Below, in pieces: positions 9,790-18,496 of a DNA stretch of 32,000 bases. The translations under genes were made by a program, and so were the position numbers. The notes under the pieces are model-generated. The model was not told the origin of the DNA. It saw only the letters and a list, made by a program, of their open reading frames with translations, and did not search any database. Source of the DNA: Bacillus subtilis subsp. subtilis str. 168 (lineage in GTDB: Bacteria; Bacillota; Bacilli; Bacillales; Bacillaceae); assembly GCF_000009045.1 (NCBI RefSeq), contig NC_000964.3:180001-212000 (forward strand). Reading direction: 5' to 3'. How positions within the stretch are numbered: the stretch's first letter is position 1; every line of letters begins with the position of its first letter.

Positions 9790-11157
9790 TTAATCGAACT
9801 GAGAAGCCATTTCATCTTTATATCCGAATGCATAGGTCAATAAAAAACCGGCCGCGTAGGAAATAAAGAGCCCAACGATATACAGGATGATTTGCGAAGG
9901 CAGGACTAGAAAAGATAGCGGCAGTCCGGAGACACCAATCGCAATGGTGGCTACTTGAAAATAAGCTTGAAAGGCGCCGCCGATTCCAGCTCCTAAACAT
10001 GCTGTTAAAAACGGACGGCCAAGCGGCAGCGTGACTCCGAAAATAAGCGGTTCACCAATGCCGAGCAGTCCCGATGGAAGCCCGCCGGCGATTGCTTTCC
10101 TCAGTGTTGTTTTTTTCGTCTTCACGAAAACGGCAAAGGCCGCGCCTACCTGTCCTGCACCTCCCATAGCCAAAATAGGGAGCAGAGGATCATTGCCAAT
10201 TGAATTGATCAGTTCCATGTGCACAGGCGTCAAGCCTTGATGCAGTCCGGTTACGACGAGAGGAAGGAAGGTTGCGCCCAGAATAAAGCCCGCAGCGATG
10301 CCGCCGATGTCCAGGATGGACAGTAGGCCGGATGTAATAGCATCAGAAATGAATCCGCCTAAAGGCATAAATACGACATACGTTACGATTCCGGTGATTA
10401 ACAGTGAAACGGTGGGTGTGACAATGATATCAAGTGATTGAGGAATAAAACGGCGAATAAATTGTTCGGTGTAAGCAATGAATATGGCTGCGAAAAGGAC
10501 GCCGATCAGACCTCCCCTGCCCGGGAGAAGCTCTTCTCCAAATAAACTGATTTTTGCGATCTCCGGATTGATAATCAAGATCCCGGCCAAAGCCCCAAGT
10601 GCGGGTGTCCCGCCAAATTCTTTCGAAGCGTTAATACCGACGAGAATGCCGAGATAAGTGAACAGCCCTGATCCGATGACTGTCAGGATAATCGCAATTT
10701 GTGAGTCTGCAGAGAGCCAGCCTGCTTGAATAATTGCTTTGGTAATCCCAGTAATTAAACCGGAAGCGACTAGAGCGGGAATAAGAGGGATAAAAATGCT
10801 GGCAATTTTACGTAAGAAAAGTTTAAAAGGAGTGGCATTTTTCCGATTGATATCGGCTTTCTTTTTGGCCGCTGCTTCTTTGACATCGGCACCTTCTTCT
10901 GCTGACACGAGCTTTGAGAAAGCAGCTGTAACATGATTGACAACTCCTGTGCCGAGGATAATTTGTAAGGTTTCAGCTTCAACGACCCCCAATACGCCGT
11001 CAAGCTTTCTTAAAGCCTGAGCATCCGCTTTGCTTTCATCGTAAGGCGTAATGCGCAGGCGTGTCATGCAATGCGTATATGAAGAAATATTGGATTTTCC
11101 TCCGCATAGCTCAAGGATTTTCTGTGCGAGATGATGGTAGTTATTTTCTTTGCTCAT
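9790..11157 (-). CDS. murP: PTS EIIBC component for N-acetylmuramic acid
   Basis: 455-aa ORF; EIIB motif (ITRLRITPYD type: MTRLRITPYDESKADAQAL) and EIIC domain; adjacent to murR/murQ. Confidence 0.92.
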   Translation of the reverse strand: MSKENNYHHLAQKILELCGGKSNISSYTHCMTRLRITPYDESKADAQALRKLDGVLGVVEAETLQIILGTGVVNHVTAAFSKLVSAEEGADVKEAAAKKKADINRKNATPFKLFLRKIASIFIPLIPALVASGLITGITKAIIQAGWLSADSQIAIILTVIGSGLFTYLGILVGINASKEFGGTPALGALAGILIINPEIAKISLFGEELLPGRGGLIGVLFAAIFIAYTEQFIRRFIPQSLDIIVTPTVSLLITGIVTYVVFMPLGGFISDAITSGLLSILDIGGIAAGFILGATFLPLVVTGLHQGLTPVHMELINSIGNDPLLPILAMGGAGQVGAAFAVFVKTKKTTLRKAIAGGLPSGLLGIGEPLIFGVTLPLGRPFLTACLGAGIGGAFQAYFQVATIAIGVSGLPLSFLVLPSQIILYIVGLFISYAAGFLLTYAFGYKDEMASQFD

Positions 11158-11182
11158 TAAAACCCCTCCCCTTCAAGATGCC

Positions 11183-12034
11183 TTATTTTATTCTCATAGA
11201 TTGTATGGCTGCTCTCGTTTTATCTATATAACCGGTTGTCGTTTCATACTGCTCAGCCGCCATGCCTAAAAACAAAACATCAATTATAAAAAGCTGGGCG
11301 AGGCGGGAAGAAGTGGCTGCACTTCGAATCAAGGCTTCATTGGAATGGGCTGTATACAAAGGGACATCAGCCAGTGCGGAGACGGATGTCTGACTGAATT
11401 GTGTGAGGCTGATCGTTGTGATGCCTTTTTCCTTAGCCATGGCGAACAGTTCAACGATTTCCTGTGTCTCTCCTGAAAACGAAATGGCGAATACGATGTC
11501 GTCTTTATCTGCATTTGCGATTAAAGATGCCACAAGATGAGTGTCTGTAAACGCGGTTGCTTGTTTATGAATGCGAAGCCACTTTTGCTGGGCGTCCTTG
11601 GCGACAATGCCGGAAGCCCCGAGGCCGATAAAATGCACGGTATGAGCTTTGAGAAGCAGAGAAACCGCTCGTTCAAGCTCTTTGTAGTCCATCAGGTCTG
11701 AAGTATCCTGAATGGCTTGAATGGCATTGCCGGCCGTTTTTTCGGAAATGGAGGGCAGCGGCTCGTGGGGAACAATATCCCGGTAGCCCTGAAACGTAGG
11801 CTTTGCCAGATCGCCTGCTACTCTCATTTTTAAATCTTGAAATCCTTTTAAACCGAGTGATTTGCAGAGCCTGATGACGGCAGCGTCACTTGAATTGGCT
11901 AAGGCGCTGATTTCGTTGACCGTGCTTTCGATTGCTTTGTGGGGATGGGCTAGGATATAATCTGCAAGTTTGCGCTCGGATGGAGGGAGCTTATGCTTCA
12001 TTGATTGGATGATCGCTAAACCGCCTGTGGCCAT
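11183..12034 (-). CDS. murR: RpiR-family transcriptional regulator MurR (YbbH)
   Basis: 283-aa protein starting at MATGGLAIIQ; RpiR HTH plus SIS domain (HFIGLGASGIVAKDAQQ, FAISFSGETQEIVEL). The track ORF extends upstream to 12100, which would overlap murQ. Confidence 0.9.
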   Translation of the reverse strand: MATGGLAIIQSMKHKLPPSERKLADYILAHPHKAIESTVNEISALANSSDAAVIRLCKSLGLKGFQDLKMRVAGDLAKPTFQGYRDIVPHEPLPSISEKTAGNAIQAIQDTSDLMDYKELERAVSLLLKAHTVHFIGLGASGIVAKDAQQKWLRIHKQATAFTDTHLVASLIANADKDDIVFAISFSGETQEIVELFAMAKEKGITTISLTQFSQTSVSALADVPLYTAHSNEALIRSAATSSRLAQLFIIDVLFLGMAAEQYETTTGYIDKTRAAIQSMRIK

Positions 12035-12050
12035 TCTAGTTCTCTCCTTA

Positions 12051-12965
12051 TCATGGATGGTAATGTTCGATTGCTTTGTCAATGAAACCGTTTGCTTCAT
12101 CGAGTAATGTCTGTGCTTGTTTCTGATCTGTGCTTGTTTTGAGCATGACGATTGCTGTTTTGACGTGATGATCGGCTTGTTCCAGAGTGTATCTGGCTGT
12201 GTCGTATGAAGCGTTTGTAAGGCTTTGGATGATGCTGATGGCGCGTTCTTTTAGTTTTTTGTTGCTGACGTTGACGTCTACCATCAAGTTTTCGTAAACC
12301 TTGCCGATTTTGACCATTACAGCGGTAGATATCATGTTTAGAATCATTTTATGAGCGGTTGCGGCTTTCATACGTGTTGATCCTGTAATGGCCTCAGGTC
12401 CGACGACAACCTCAATGCTGTGATCCGCATCCTTGCTGATGGCGGAATTTTCATTGCAAGTAAGGGCGATGGTGTGTGCTCCGACTTTACGGGCGTATCT
12501 TAGGGCGCCTGCGGCGTAGGGTGTGCGGCCGCTTGCTGCGATGGCAATGACGGTGTCATTTGAAGTGAGCTGTATGTTTCTTAAATCTTCAGCTCCTGCT
12601 TCTTCACTGTCTTCAATGCCCTCTGCTGCCTGTAAAAAGGCTTCGGGGCCTCCAGCCATGATTCCGATGACCTGATCTGGGCTTACGCTGTAGGTGGGAG
12701 GACATTCAACAGCATCCATGACGCCGAGTCTGCCGCTTGTGCCGGCGCCTGTATATATGAGCCGGCCTCCATTTTGAAACGATTCATATGCGCAGTCTAC
12801 AGCTGTTTTGATGTCGGGGAGAACCTCCTGAACGGCTGCAGCGACTTTCATATCTTCGTTGTTGATCATTTTAAGGATGCCGAGAGTGTTTGCTTTGTGG
12901 ATTTCAACTGTTTGACTATTGCGTGATTCCGTTGTAAGACGGTGAAGGTTTAATGGTTCTGACAT
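12051..12965 (-). CDS. murQ: N-acetylmuramic acid 6-phosphate etherase
   Basis: 304-aa protein starting [16 protein letters not shown] with GGGG-type Shine-Dalgarno upstream; motifs [25 protein letters not shown] and [18 protein letters not shown]. The track ORF begins at an upstream ATG (13016), which lacks an SD and sits near the -10. Confidence 0.93.
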   Translation of the reverse strand: MSEPLNLHRLTTESRNSQTVEIHKANTLGILKMINNEDMKVAAAVQEVLPDIKTAVDCAYESFQNGGRLIYTGAGTSGRLGVMDAVECPPTYSVSPDQVIGIMAGGPEAFLQAAEGIEDSEEAGAEDLRNIQLTSNDTVIAIAASGRTPYAAGALRYARKVGAHTIALTCNENSAISKDADHSIEVVVGPEAITGSTRMKAATAHKMILNMISTAVMVKIGKVYENLMVDVNVSNKKLKERAISIIQSLTNASYDTARYTLEQADHHVKTAIVMLKTSTDQKQAQTLLDEANGFIDKAIEHYHP

Positions 12966-13005
12966 GAGGATGCCCCCTGTTTTAAAATGATATATCTCAA
13001 TATTC

Positions 13006-13035
13006 AGTATATTCATTTCTGTTATGATATTTCAA
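13006..13035 (-). promoter_or_regulatory. Probable sigma-A promoter of the murQ-murR-murP-amiE-nagZ-namZ operon
   Basis: Minus strand TTGAAA (13035-13030), 18-nt spacer, TATACT (13011-13006). Confidence 0.55.
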
Positions 13036-13074
13036 CTATGTTTTTAAATTTTTGAAATTTTATTTCACTTAAGA

Positions 13075-13557
13075 CTATAAGAAATGATGAAGGATCAACT
13101 GTTCTCCAAGCGGCCCGATTCTTCGCCGTCCTTTATCAAGGAACCCGCTTTTCATATAAAGGTGTTTTGCGCGTATGTTCAGATGATTGACGGCCAAGAT
13201 GATTTCGTCGCACCATGGAAAATATCCGCTCACAAAAGCGGGAAGCAAAAGCATGGCTTTTTTCGCATAGCCTTTTCCGTGATGCACAGCGGTTAAAGAC
13301 AGGGAGCTGAGCAGTAAAGCAAATGGATTGTTAGAATAGGAAGCAAGCGTTTCTTTTGATGCATGTAAAATGAAAAAACCGACTGGAAGGTCGTCTTTTA
13401 AGATGACAACCGGGTATCGGTCCTGTATGCCCAGAGCCTGAGACAGCACCTCTTTCGGGAGGGAGGTAAAGCGTTTGTCATCGTTGGTGAGCGTGAATGA
13501 TTGGAGCTCGGGCAAGTGTTCAGGCTTATAGAAGGATAAAGAAATGTCTTGAGTCAT
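13075..13557 (-). CDS. ybbJ: GNAT-family N-acetyltransferase YbbJ
   Basis: 160-aa ORF with GNAT signature (LTAVHHGKGYAKKAM; AKHLYMKSGFLDKGRR). Confidence 0.85.
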   Translation of the reverse strand: MTQDISLSFYKPEHLPELQSFTLTNDDKRFTSLPKEVLSQALGIQDRYPVVILKDDLPVGFFILHASKETLASYSNNPFALLLSSLSLTAVHHGKGYAKKAMLLLPAFVSGYFPWCDEIILAVNHLNIRAKHLYMKSGFLDKGRRRIGPLGEQLILHHFL

Positions 13558-13569
13558 GGGGTGGCCTCC

Positions 13570-14025
13570 TTACAATATGTCGTTAAGCTCGTTTTCCGAA
13601 ATGACGCGGTAGCCCGCTTGTTTTAACAGTGCGGCGGTTACTCCGCTGCCGGTGATTTTTTTGCCAGAGAATGTGCCGTTATAGATAAAACCGCTTCCGC
13701 AAGATGGACTGTTTTCTTTTAATATGACGGCAGAAGCGTTGATTTCTTTTGCGTAAGCCAATGTTTTCGCGGCGCCTTCCATATATAGTTCTGTGACGTC
13801 TTCTCCTGAAGCTGTCACGATTTTCGCTGTTCCATTGAGGACATCCTCGCCAGTGCCTCCTATGATTTCTGCGGGTTCGCGTGGGGTAGAGAAGCCGCCG
13901 AGAAGTTCAGGGCAAGCCATGACTGCTTTCTTTTCATCGACTAGTTTTCTGATTTTCTCCGACGCTGCGTGAGAGCCGTTATATCTGCATTCAATGCCTC
14001 CAAGGCAAGAACTGACTAGAATCAT
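13570..14025 (-). CDS. ybbK: DUF523-family protein YbbK
   Basis: 151-aa ORF, family hallmark N-terminus MILVSSCLGGIECRYNG and LKENSPSCGSGFIYNGTFSG. Confidence 0.85.
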   Translation of the reverse strand: MILVSSCLGGIECRYNGSHAASEKIRKLVDEKKAVMACPELLGGFSTPREPAEIIGGTGEDVLNGTAKIVTASGEDVTELYMEGAAKTLAYAKEINASAVILKENSPSCGSGFIYNGTFSGKKITGSGVTAALLKQAGYRVISENELNDIL

Positions 14026-14145
14026 ATTGGTTTCTCCTCTCTTGCTTTGCTTGTCTCTATCATAAAATAAATGGCTTTAGTTGGGAGGCTTTTTCAGTTA
14101 AAAAAGGAGTTAAAAAGTTTGAAAATAAAAAATTTAATTTTCCTC

Positions 14146-14175
14146 TTTACAAACAGGGGGTGACCTGTATATAAT
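14146..14175 (+). promoter_or_regulatory. Probable sigma-A promoter of the tRNA cluster
   Basis: TTTACA (14146-14151), 18-nt spacer, TATAAT (14170-14175), about 30 nt before tRNA-Glu. Confidence 0.6.
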
Positions 14176-14204
14176 AACTTTTGTCAGCTCGACGAGAACA
14201 CAAC

Positions 14205-14279
14205 GGCCCGTTGGTCAAGCGGTTAAGACACCGCCCTTTCACGGCGGTAACACGGGTTCGAATCCCGTACGGGTCACCA
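14205..14279 (+). tRNA. tRNA-Glu (anticodon TTC)
   Basis: Full cloverleaf GGCCCGT...CCGCC CTTTCAC GGCGG...ACGGG TTCGAAT CCCGT ACGGGTC A CCA, 75 nt with encoded CCA. Confidence 0.96.
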
Positions 14280-14282
14280 TTT

Positions 14283-14358
14283 GGAGGATTAGCTCAGCTG
14301 GGAGAGCATCTGCCTTACAAGCAGAGGGTCGGCGGTTCGAGCCCGTCATCCTCCACCA
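14283..14358 (+). tRNA. tRNA-Val (anticodon TAC)
   Basis: GGAGGAT TAGCTCAGCTGGGAGAGC ATCTGCCTTACAAGCAGA...GGTTCGAGCC...ATCCTCC ACCA, 76 nt. Confidence 0.96.
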
Positions 14359-14362
14359 TCTT

Positions 14363-14435
<73 letters not shown>

Positions 14436-14457
14436 CTGTTTTTTCAAAATTTTATGT

Positions 14458-14542
14458 GGAGGGGTAGCGAAGTGGCTAAACGCGGCGGACTGTAAATCCG
14501 CTCCCTCAGGGTTCGGCAGTTCGAATCTGCCCCCCTCCACCA
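14458..14542 (+). tRNA. tRNA-Tyr (anticodon GTA), class II with long variable arm
   Basis: GGAGGGG...GCGGACTGTAAATCCGC...TTCGAATCTGCCCCCCTCCACCA, 85 nt. Confidence 0.95.
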
Positions 14543-14546
14543 TTAT

Positions 14547-14618
14547 TGGGCTATAGCCAAGCGGTAAGGCAACGGACTTTGACTCCGTCATGCGTTGGTT
14601 CGAATCCAGCTAGCCCAG
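14547..14618 (+). tRNA. tRNA-Gln (anticodon TTG)
   Basis: TGGGCTATAGCCAAGCGGTAAGGCAACGGACTTTGACTCCGT...GGTTCGAATCC...TAGCCCAG, 72 nt, CCA not encoded. Confidence 0.95.
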
Positions 14619-14622
14619 TCAC

Positions 14623-14652
14623 AGACACCTTTGATCAAAAGGTGTCTTTTTT
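14623..14652 (+). terminator. Terminator of the tRNA operon
   Basis: AGACACCTTT (14623-14632) / AAAGGTGTCT (14638-14647) followed by TTTTT. Confidence 0.9.
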
Positions 14653-14786
14653 CTTTTCGGAAAAATCATTCCAACTTCTAACTGTTCAGTCTGTATAATA
14701 ATTTTAAAAATATGTTAAGGTAGTTTATTCACGAATTACCATCTACACCCTGCCAAAAATTTGATAAACTTATTTTATAAAAAAAT

Positions 14787-14812
14787 TGAAACCTTTTGAA
14801 ACGAAGCTCGTA
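14787..14812 (+). promoter_or_regulatory. SigW-type ECF promoter (autoregulatory)
   Basis: TGAAAC (14787-14792), exactly 16 nt, CGTA (14809-14812); matches the SigW consensus TGAAAC-N16-CGTA, directly upstream of sigW. Confidence 0.9.
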
Positions 14813-14848
14813 TACATACAGACCGGTGAAGGCAGAGGTTAGATAAAT

Positions 14849-15412
14849 ATGGAAATGATGATTAAAAAAAGAATTAAACAAGTCAAAAAAGGCGACCAGG
14901 ATGCATTTGCGGACATCGTAGATATTTACAAAGATAAAATTTATCAGCTTTGCTACCGTATGCTTGGCAATGTGCATGAGGCGGAGGATATTGCACAGGA
15001 AGCTTTCATCAGAGCGTACGTTAATATCGACAGTTTTGATATTAACCGGAAATTTTCAACTTGGCTTTATCGAATCGCGACCAATTTGACCATTGACCGC
15101 ATTCGCAAAAAGAAGCCGGATTATTACCTCGACGCAGAGGTGGCTGGTACGGAAGGCTTGACCATGTATTCTCAAATCGTCGCAGATGGTGTTTTGCCTG
15201 AAGATGCAGTTGTATCGCTGGAGCTCTCAAACACGATACAGCAGAAAATTTTAAAGCTTCCTGACAAATACAGAACAGTCATCGTATTAAAGTATATTGA
15301 CGAACTCTCATTAATTGAAATCGGGGAGATTCTAAACATTCCTGTGGGGACTGTGAAAACGCGGATTCACAGAGGCAGAGAGGCTCTTAGAAAACAATTA
15401 AGGGATCTTTAA
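14849..15412 (+). CDS. sigW: ECF RNA polymerase sigma factor SigW
   Basis: 187-aa ECF sigma (YQLCYRMLGNVHEAEDIAQEAFIRAY; LSLIEIGEILNIPVGTVKTRIHRGREAL). Confidence 0.96.
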   Translation: MEMMIKKRIKQVKKGDQDAFADIVDIYKDKIYQLCYRMLGNVHEAEDIAQEAFIRAYVNIDSFDINRKFSTWLYRIATNLTIDRIRKKKPDYYLDAEVAGTEGLTMYSQIVADGVLPEDAVVSLELSNTIQQKILKLPDKYRTVIVLKYIDELSLIEIGEILNIPVGTVKTRIHRGREALRKQLRDL

Positions 15413-15425
15413 GTGGGGTGATGAA

Positions 15426-16052
15426 ATGAGCTGTCCTGAACAAATTGTGCAGCTTATGCATATGCATCTTGATGGAGATATCCTTCCAAAAGATGAACAC
15501 GTATTAAATGAACATCTGGAGACATGCGAGAAATGCAGAAAGCATTTTTACGAGATGGAGAAATCCATAGCGCTCGTACGGAGCACATCGCATGTCGAAG
15601 CCCCCGCGGATTTTACCGCTAATGTCATGGCAAAATTGCCTAAGGAGAAGAAAAGAGCTTCTGTAAAAAGATGGTTCAGAACCCATCCCGTTATCGCAGC
15701 TGCTGCGGTATTCATCATTTTGATGGGCGGGGGTTTTTTTAACAGCTGGCATAATGACCACAATTTCAGCGTGTCCAAGCAGCCGAATCTTGTGGTTCAT
15801 AACCATACTGTGACCGTGCCAGAAGGTGAGACGGTCAAAGGTGATGTCACTGTCAAAAACGGCAAGCTGATTATTAAAGGCAAAATAGACGGGGATGTAA
15901 CCGTCGTAAACGGCGAAAAGTATATGGCCTCTGCTGGACAAGTCACCGGTCAGATTGAAGAAATCAATCAGTTATTCGACTGGACATGGTACAAGATGAA
16001 GTCTGCGGGGAAAAGTGTACTCGATGCATTCAATCCGAACGGAGAAGAGTAA
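15426..16052 (+). CDS. rsiW: Anti-sigma-W factor RsiW, single-pass membrane protein
   Basis: 208-aa ORF with zinc-binding anti-sigma motif (NEHLETCEKC) and one TM segment (VIAAAAVFIILMGGGFF), following sigW. Confidence 0.95.
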   Translation: MSCPEQIVQLMHMHLDGDILPKDEHVLNEHLETCEKCRKHFYEMEKSIALVRSTSHVEAPADFTANVMAKLPKEKKRASVKRWFRTHPVIAAAAVFIILMGGGFFNSWHNDHNFSVSKQPNLVVHNHTVTVPEGETVKGDVTVKNGKLIIKGKIDGDVTVVNGEKYMASAGQVTGQIEEINQLFDWTWYKMKSAGKSVLDAFNPNGEE

Positions 16053-16080
16053 AGCGCGTTAGCCGCTTTGCTCTTTTTTT
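16046..16080 (+). terminator. Terminator of sigW-rsiW overlapping the rsiW stop codon
   Basis: AGAGTAAAGCG / CGCTTTGCTCT stem (one G.U pair) followed by seven T; the stop codon TAA (16050-16052) lies inside the 5' arm. Confidence 0.85.
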
Positions 16081-16103
16081 GCGGGCTGAGAGGGCTGGCA
16101 CAT

Positions 16104-16133
16104 TTCACTTGCTAAATCGAAATGTGGTATAAT
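16104..16133 (+). promoter_or_regulatory. Possible sigma-A promoter for the cdaA-cdaR-glmM operon
   Basis: TATAAT at 16128-16133 with a weak -35 (TTCACT 16104-16109, 18-nt spacer); 8-bp inverted repeat CACATTTC/GAAATGTG (16099-16126) overlaps it. Confidence 0.4.
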
Positions 16134-16212
16134 GGGCTCGCTATGTAAAGTACATATGCGTAACACGTAAAACACAAAATACGAAATGACTGAAATCTTG
16201 GAGGACGAGGAA

Positions 16213-17034
16213 ATGGCTTTTGAGGATATCCCTTTTTTGCAGTACCTCGGCAATGCCGTTGATATTCTCCTTGTTTGGTATGTGATATATAAATTGATTA
16301 TGGTGATACGCGGCACGAAAGCGGTTCAGCTGTTAAAAGGAATTGTAGTCATCGTGCTTGTTCGTATGGCCAGCCAATATTTGGGCCTCAGCACACTTCA
16401 ATGGCTGATGGACCAAGCGATAACATGGGGATTTTTAGCAATTATTATTATTTTTCAGCCTGAGCTGAGAAGAGCGCTTGAACAGCTAGGCCGCGGCCGC
16501 TTTTTTTCGAGGAGCGGCACGCCTGTTGAAGAAGCGCAGCAGAAAACGATTGAGGCCATTACAAAAGCAATCAATTATATGGCGAAACGCCGTATAGGCG
16601 CCCTGCTGACCATTGAGCGGGATACTGGAATGGGCGATTATATTGAGACCGGCATACCACTAAATGCCAAAGTCAGCTCTGAGCTGCTGATCAATATTTT
16701 TATTCCAAACACCCCGCTTCATGACGGTGCGGTAATTATGAAAAATAATGAAATTGCCGCGGCCGCCTGTTATCTGCCGCTTTCTGAGAGCCCGTTTATT
16801 TCAAAAGAACTGGGCACGCGGCACAGAGCAGCTGTCGGTATCAGTGAAGTAACAGACAGTTTGACGATTATTGTGTCTGAAGAGACCGGCGGCGTCAGTG
16901 TGGCAAAGAACGGCGACCTTCACAGAGAGCTTACAGAAGAAGCGCTGAAAGAAATGCTTGAAGCCGAGTTTAAGAAAAACACCAGAGACACTTCTTCTAA
17001 CCGCTGGTATTGGAGGGGCAAGAAAAATGGATAA
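16213..17034 (+). CDS. cdaA: Membrane-bound diadenylate cyclase CdaA (DAC domain, YbbP)
   Basis: 273-aa protein starting MAFEDIPFLQYLG, three TM segments, DAC motifs (NTPLHDGAVIMKNNEIAAAACYLPLSESPFISKELGTRHRAAVGISE). Start chosen 27 nt inside the track ORF. Confidence 0.94.
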   Translation: MAFEDIPFLQYLGNAVDILLVWYVIYKLIMVIRGTKAVQLLKGIVVIVLVRMASQYLGLSTLQWLMDQAITWGFLAIIIIFQPELRRALEQLGRGRFFSRSGTPVEEAQQKTIEAITKAINYMAKRRIGALLTIERDTGMGDYIETGIPLNAKVSSELLINIFIPNTPLHDGAVIMKNNEIAAAACYLPLSESPFISKELGTRHRAAVGISEVTDSLTIIVSEETGGVSVAKNGDLHRELTEEALKEMLEAEFKKNTRDTSSNRWYWRGKKNG

Positions 17035-18478
17035 ATTCTTAAACAACCGCTGGGCTGTGAAAATTATTGCTCTGCTTTTCGCGCTCTTGCTTTATGTGGC
17101 GGTTAACAGCAACCAAGCACCGACTCCAAAAAAACCGGGTGAATCTTTCTTTCCGACATCAACAACTGATGAAGCAACTCTGACTGATATTCCGGTTAAA
17201 GCGTATTATGATGATGAAAATTACGTCGTGACGGGTGTTCCGCAAACGGTTAATGTCACGATAAAAGGCTCGACAAGCGCCGTGAAAAAGGCTCGGCAGA
17301 CCAAAAACTTTGAAATATATGCCGATATGGAACATTTGAAAACCGGCACACATAAGGTTGAGCTTAAGGCCAAAAACGTGTCGGATGGGCTGACAATCTC
17401 AATTAATCCGTCTGTTACGACAGTGACCATTCAGGAACGGACGACCAAAAGTTTTCCCGTAGAAGTGGAGTACTACAACAAAAGCAAGATGAAAAAAGGC
17501 TATTCTCCGGAGCAGCCGATTGTCAGTCCGAAAAATGTGCAGATTACCGGATCGAAAAATGTGATCGATAATATTTCTCTTGTAAAAGCTTCAGTGAATT
17601 TGGAAAACGCAGATGAAACGATTGAAAAGGAAGCGAAAGTGACTGTCTATGATAAAGACGGAAACGCGCTTCCTGTCGACGTGGAGCCCTCGGTCATCAA
17701 GATTACCGTTCCGGTGACAAGCCCGAGTAAAAAAGTGCCCTTTAAAATTGAACGGACAGGAAGCCTTCCTGACGGTGTCAGCATAGCGAATATTGAATCC
17801 AGCCCCAGTGAGGTAACGGTTTACGGCTCACAGGATGTGTTGGATTCTCTTGAATTTATTGACGGCGTCAGCCTAGATTTAAGTAAAATTAACAAGGATT
17901 CCGATATCGAGGCAGATATTCCGCTTCCTGACGGTGTCAAAAAAATCTCACCGTCAAAGGTGACTTTGCATATAGAAGTCGATAGTGAAGCGGATCAGAA
18001 GTTCGAGAATGTCCCTATCAAGACTGTAGGGCTGAGCAGCTCACAAAACATTGAATTTCTTGATCCTGAATCACAAGCGATAGATGTAACGGCTAAAGGC
18101 TCTCCCACGAATATAAATAAACTGAAAAAATCAGATATTGAATTGTATGTGAATGTTTCAGATTTAGAGGACGGGGAGCATAGCGTGAAGCTTGAAGTGA
18201 ACGGGCCACAGAATGTAACTTGGTCCTTGGGGCGGAAAAACGCCAAAATCAAGCTGACGTCTAAGAAAAGCAATACATCAACGAATGATAACAGCAGCAA
18301 TACATCAGGGAACCAGGACACAGATAAACAAACAAATGATCAAAAGAACAATCAGCAAGAAGATACAAAGAACACTGATAAAAACAACAACGATCAAAAC
18401 CAAGACGGAAATAAAGATCAAAACCAAGATCAGGATGAGGATGAATCCACTGCGAATTCACAATCCTCATCGGAATAA
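17027..18478 (+). CDS. cdaR: CdaA regulator CdaR (YbbR-domain protein)
   Basis: 483-aa protein starting MDKFLNNRWAVKIIALLFALLLYVAVNS, tandem YbbR domains; 8-nt overlap with cdaA. Ends with a low-complexity N/Q/D/K tail. Confidence 0.93.
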   Translation: MDKFLNNRWAVKIIALLFALLLYVAVNSNQAPTPKKPGESFFPTSTTDEATLTDIPVKAYYDDENYVVTGVPQTVNVTIKGSTSAVKKARQTKNFEIYADMEHLKTGTHKVELKAKNVSDGLTISINPSVTTVTIQERTTKSFPVEVEYYNKSKMKKGYSPEQPIVSPKNVQITGSKNVIDNISLVKASVNLENADETIEKEAKVTVYDKDGNALPVDVEPSVIKITVPVTSPSKKVPFKIERTGSLPDGVSIANIESSPSEVTVYGSQDVLDSLEFIDGVSLDLSKINKDSDIEADIPLPDGVKKISPSKVTLHIEVDSEADQKFENVPIKTVGLSSSQNIEFLDPESQAIDVTAKGSPTNINKLKKSDIELYVNVSDLEDGEHSVKLEVNGPQNVTWSLGRKNAKIKLTSKKSNTSTNDNSSNTSGNQDTDKQTNDQKNNQQEDTKNTDKNNNDQNQDGNKDQNQDQDEDESTANSQSSSE

Positions 18479-18496
18479 AAAAGGAGCGATTATAAA

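Noticed and set aside
12035-12100. N-terminal extension of the MurR ORF in the supplied track
   Set aside because: Would overlap the murQ 3' end; the natural start with family-typical N-terminus is MATGG at 12034.
15504-15941. Minus-strand 145-aa ORF antisense to rsiW
   Set aside because: Overlaps rsiW completely; translation shows no family features.
17995-18321. Minus-strand 108-aa ORF antisense to cdaR (and neighbouring 18261-18470)
   Set aside because: The Leu/Phe-rich translation of the lower ORF arises from the reverse complement of the low-complexity Asn/Asp/Gln tail; not independent coding.
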